In this document: one piece after another, positions 35,467 through 35,535 of the stretch | Layout of the letters: every line of letters begins with the position of its first letter | Numbering within the stretch: the stretch's first letter is position 1 | Assembly (NCBI GenBank): GCA_003990765.1 | Contig: RBNJ01000249.1 | Coordinates: 1-35,535, forward strand | DNA from: Jimgerdemannia flammicorona | Taxonomy: Eukaryota | Reading direction: 5' to 3' | DNA length: 35,535 bases | The notes under the pieces: model-generated | Told to the model about the DNA's origin: nothing | Databases searched by the model: none | Seen by the model: only the letters and a program-made list of their open reading frames with translations | Made by a program: the position numbers and the translations under genes

Positions 35467-35535
35467 AAGAACTTTTTAGAGCAGAAAGTTCAGGATCATG
35501 GGAGCTTCATCATCATCATCATCACTGAAGGAGAT

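Overview
Eukaryotic, intron-rich window, most consistent with an early-diverging fungus (Mucoromycota-like; inferred from gene content and intron style, not proven). The left ~15.6 kb is CpG-rich gene space. It holds an Mch1/nodulin-like MFS transporter (+), alanine aminotransferase (-), a Myb-repeat remnant, an SLC35F-type transporter (+), MDM31 (-) and an intronless 4-hydroxybutyrate/acetate:succinate-type CoA-transferase (-). From ~15.75 kb onward is a nested, C->T-mutated transposon field. A decayed PIF/Harbinger element (transposase + convergent Myb/SANT ORF) is split by a much younger 6,268-bp hAT element (17785-24052, 8-bp TSD AACAATAG, 13-bp TIRs). That hAT carries a BED-finger transposase (-) and a convergent, spliced cargo gene whose last exon has an HxD...H triad spaced like TET/JBP-type Fe(II) dioxygenases; this is the most interesting observation. 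Further right lie a dUTPase-bearing Ty3/Gypsy element with a 273-bp insertion in its integrase, an older inverted relative of the hAT transposase, and a related LTR at the window end. Exon boundaries are manual predictions, and no database search was run.
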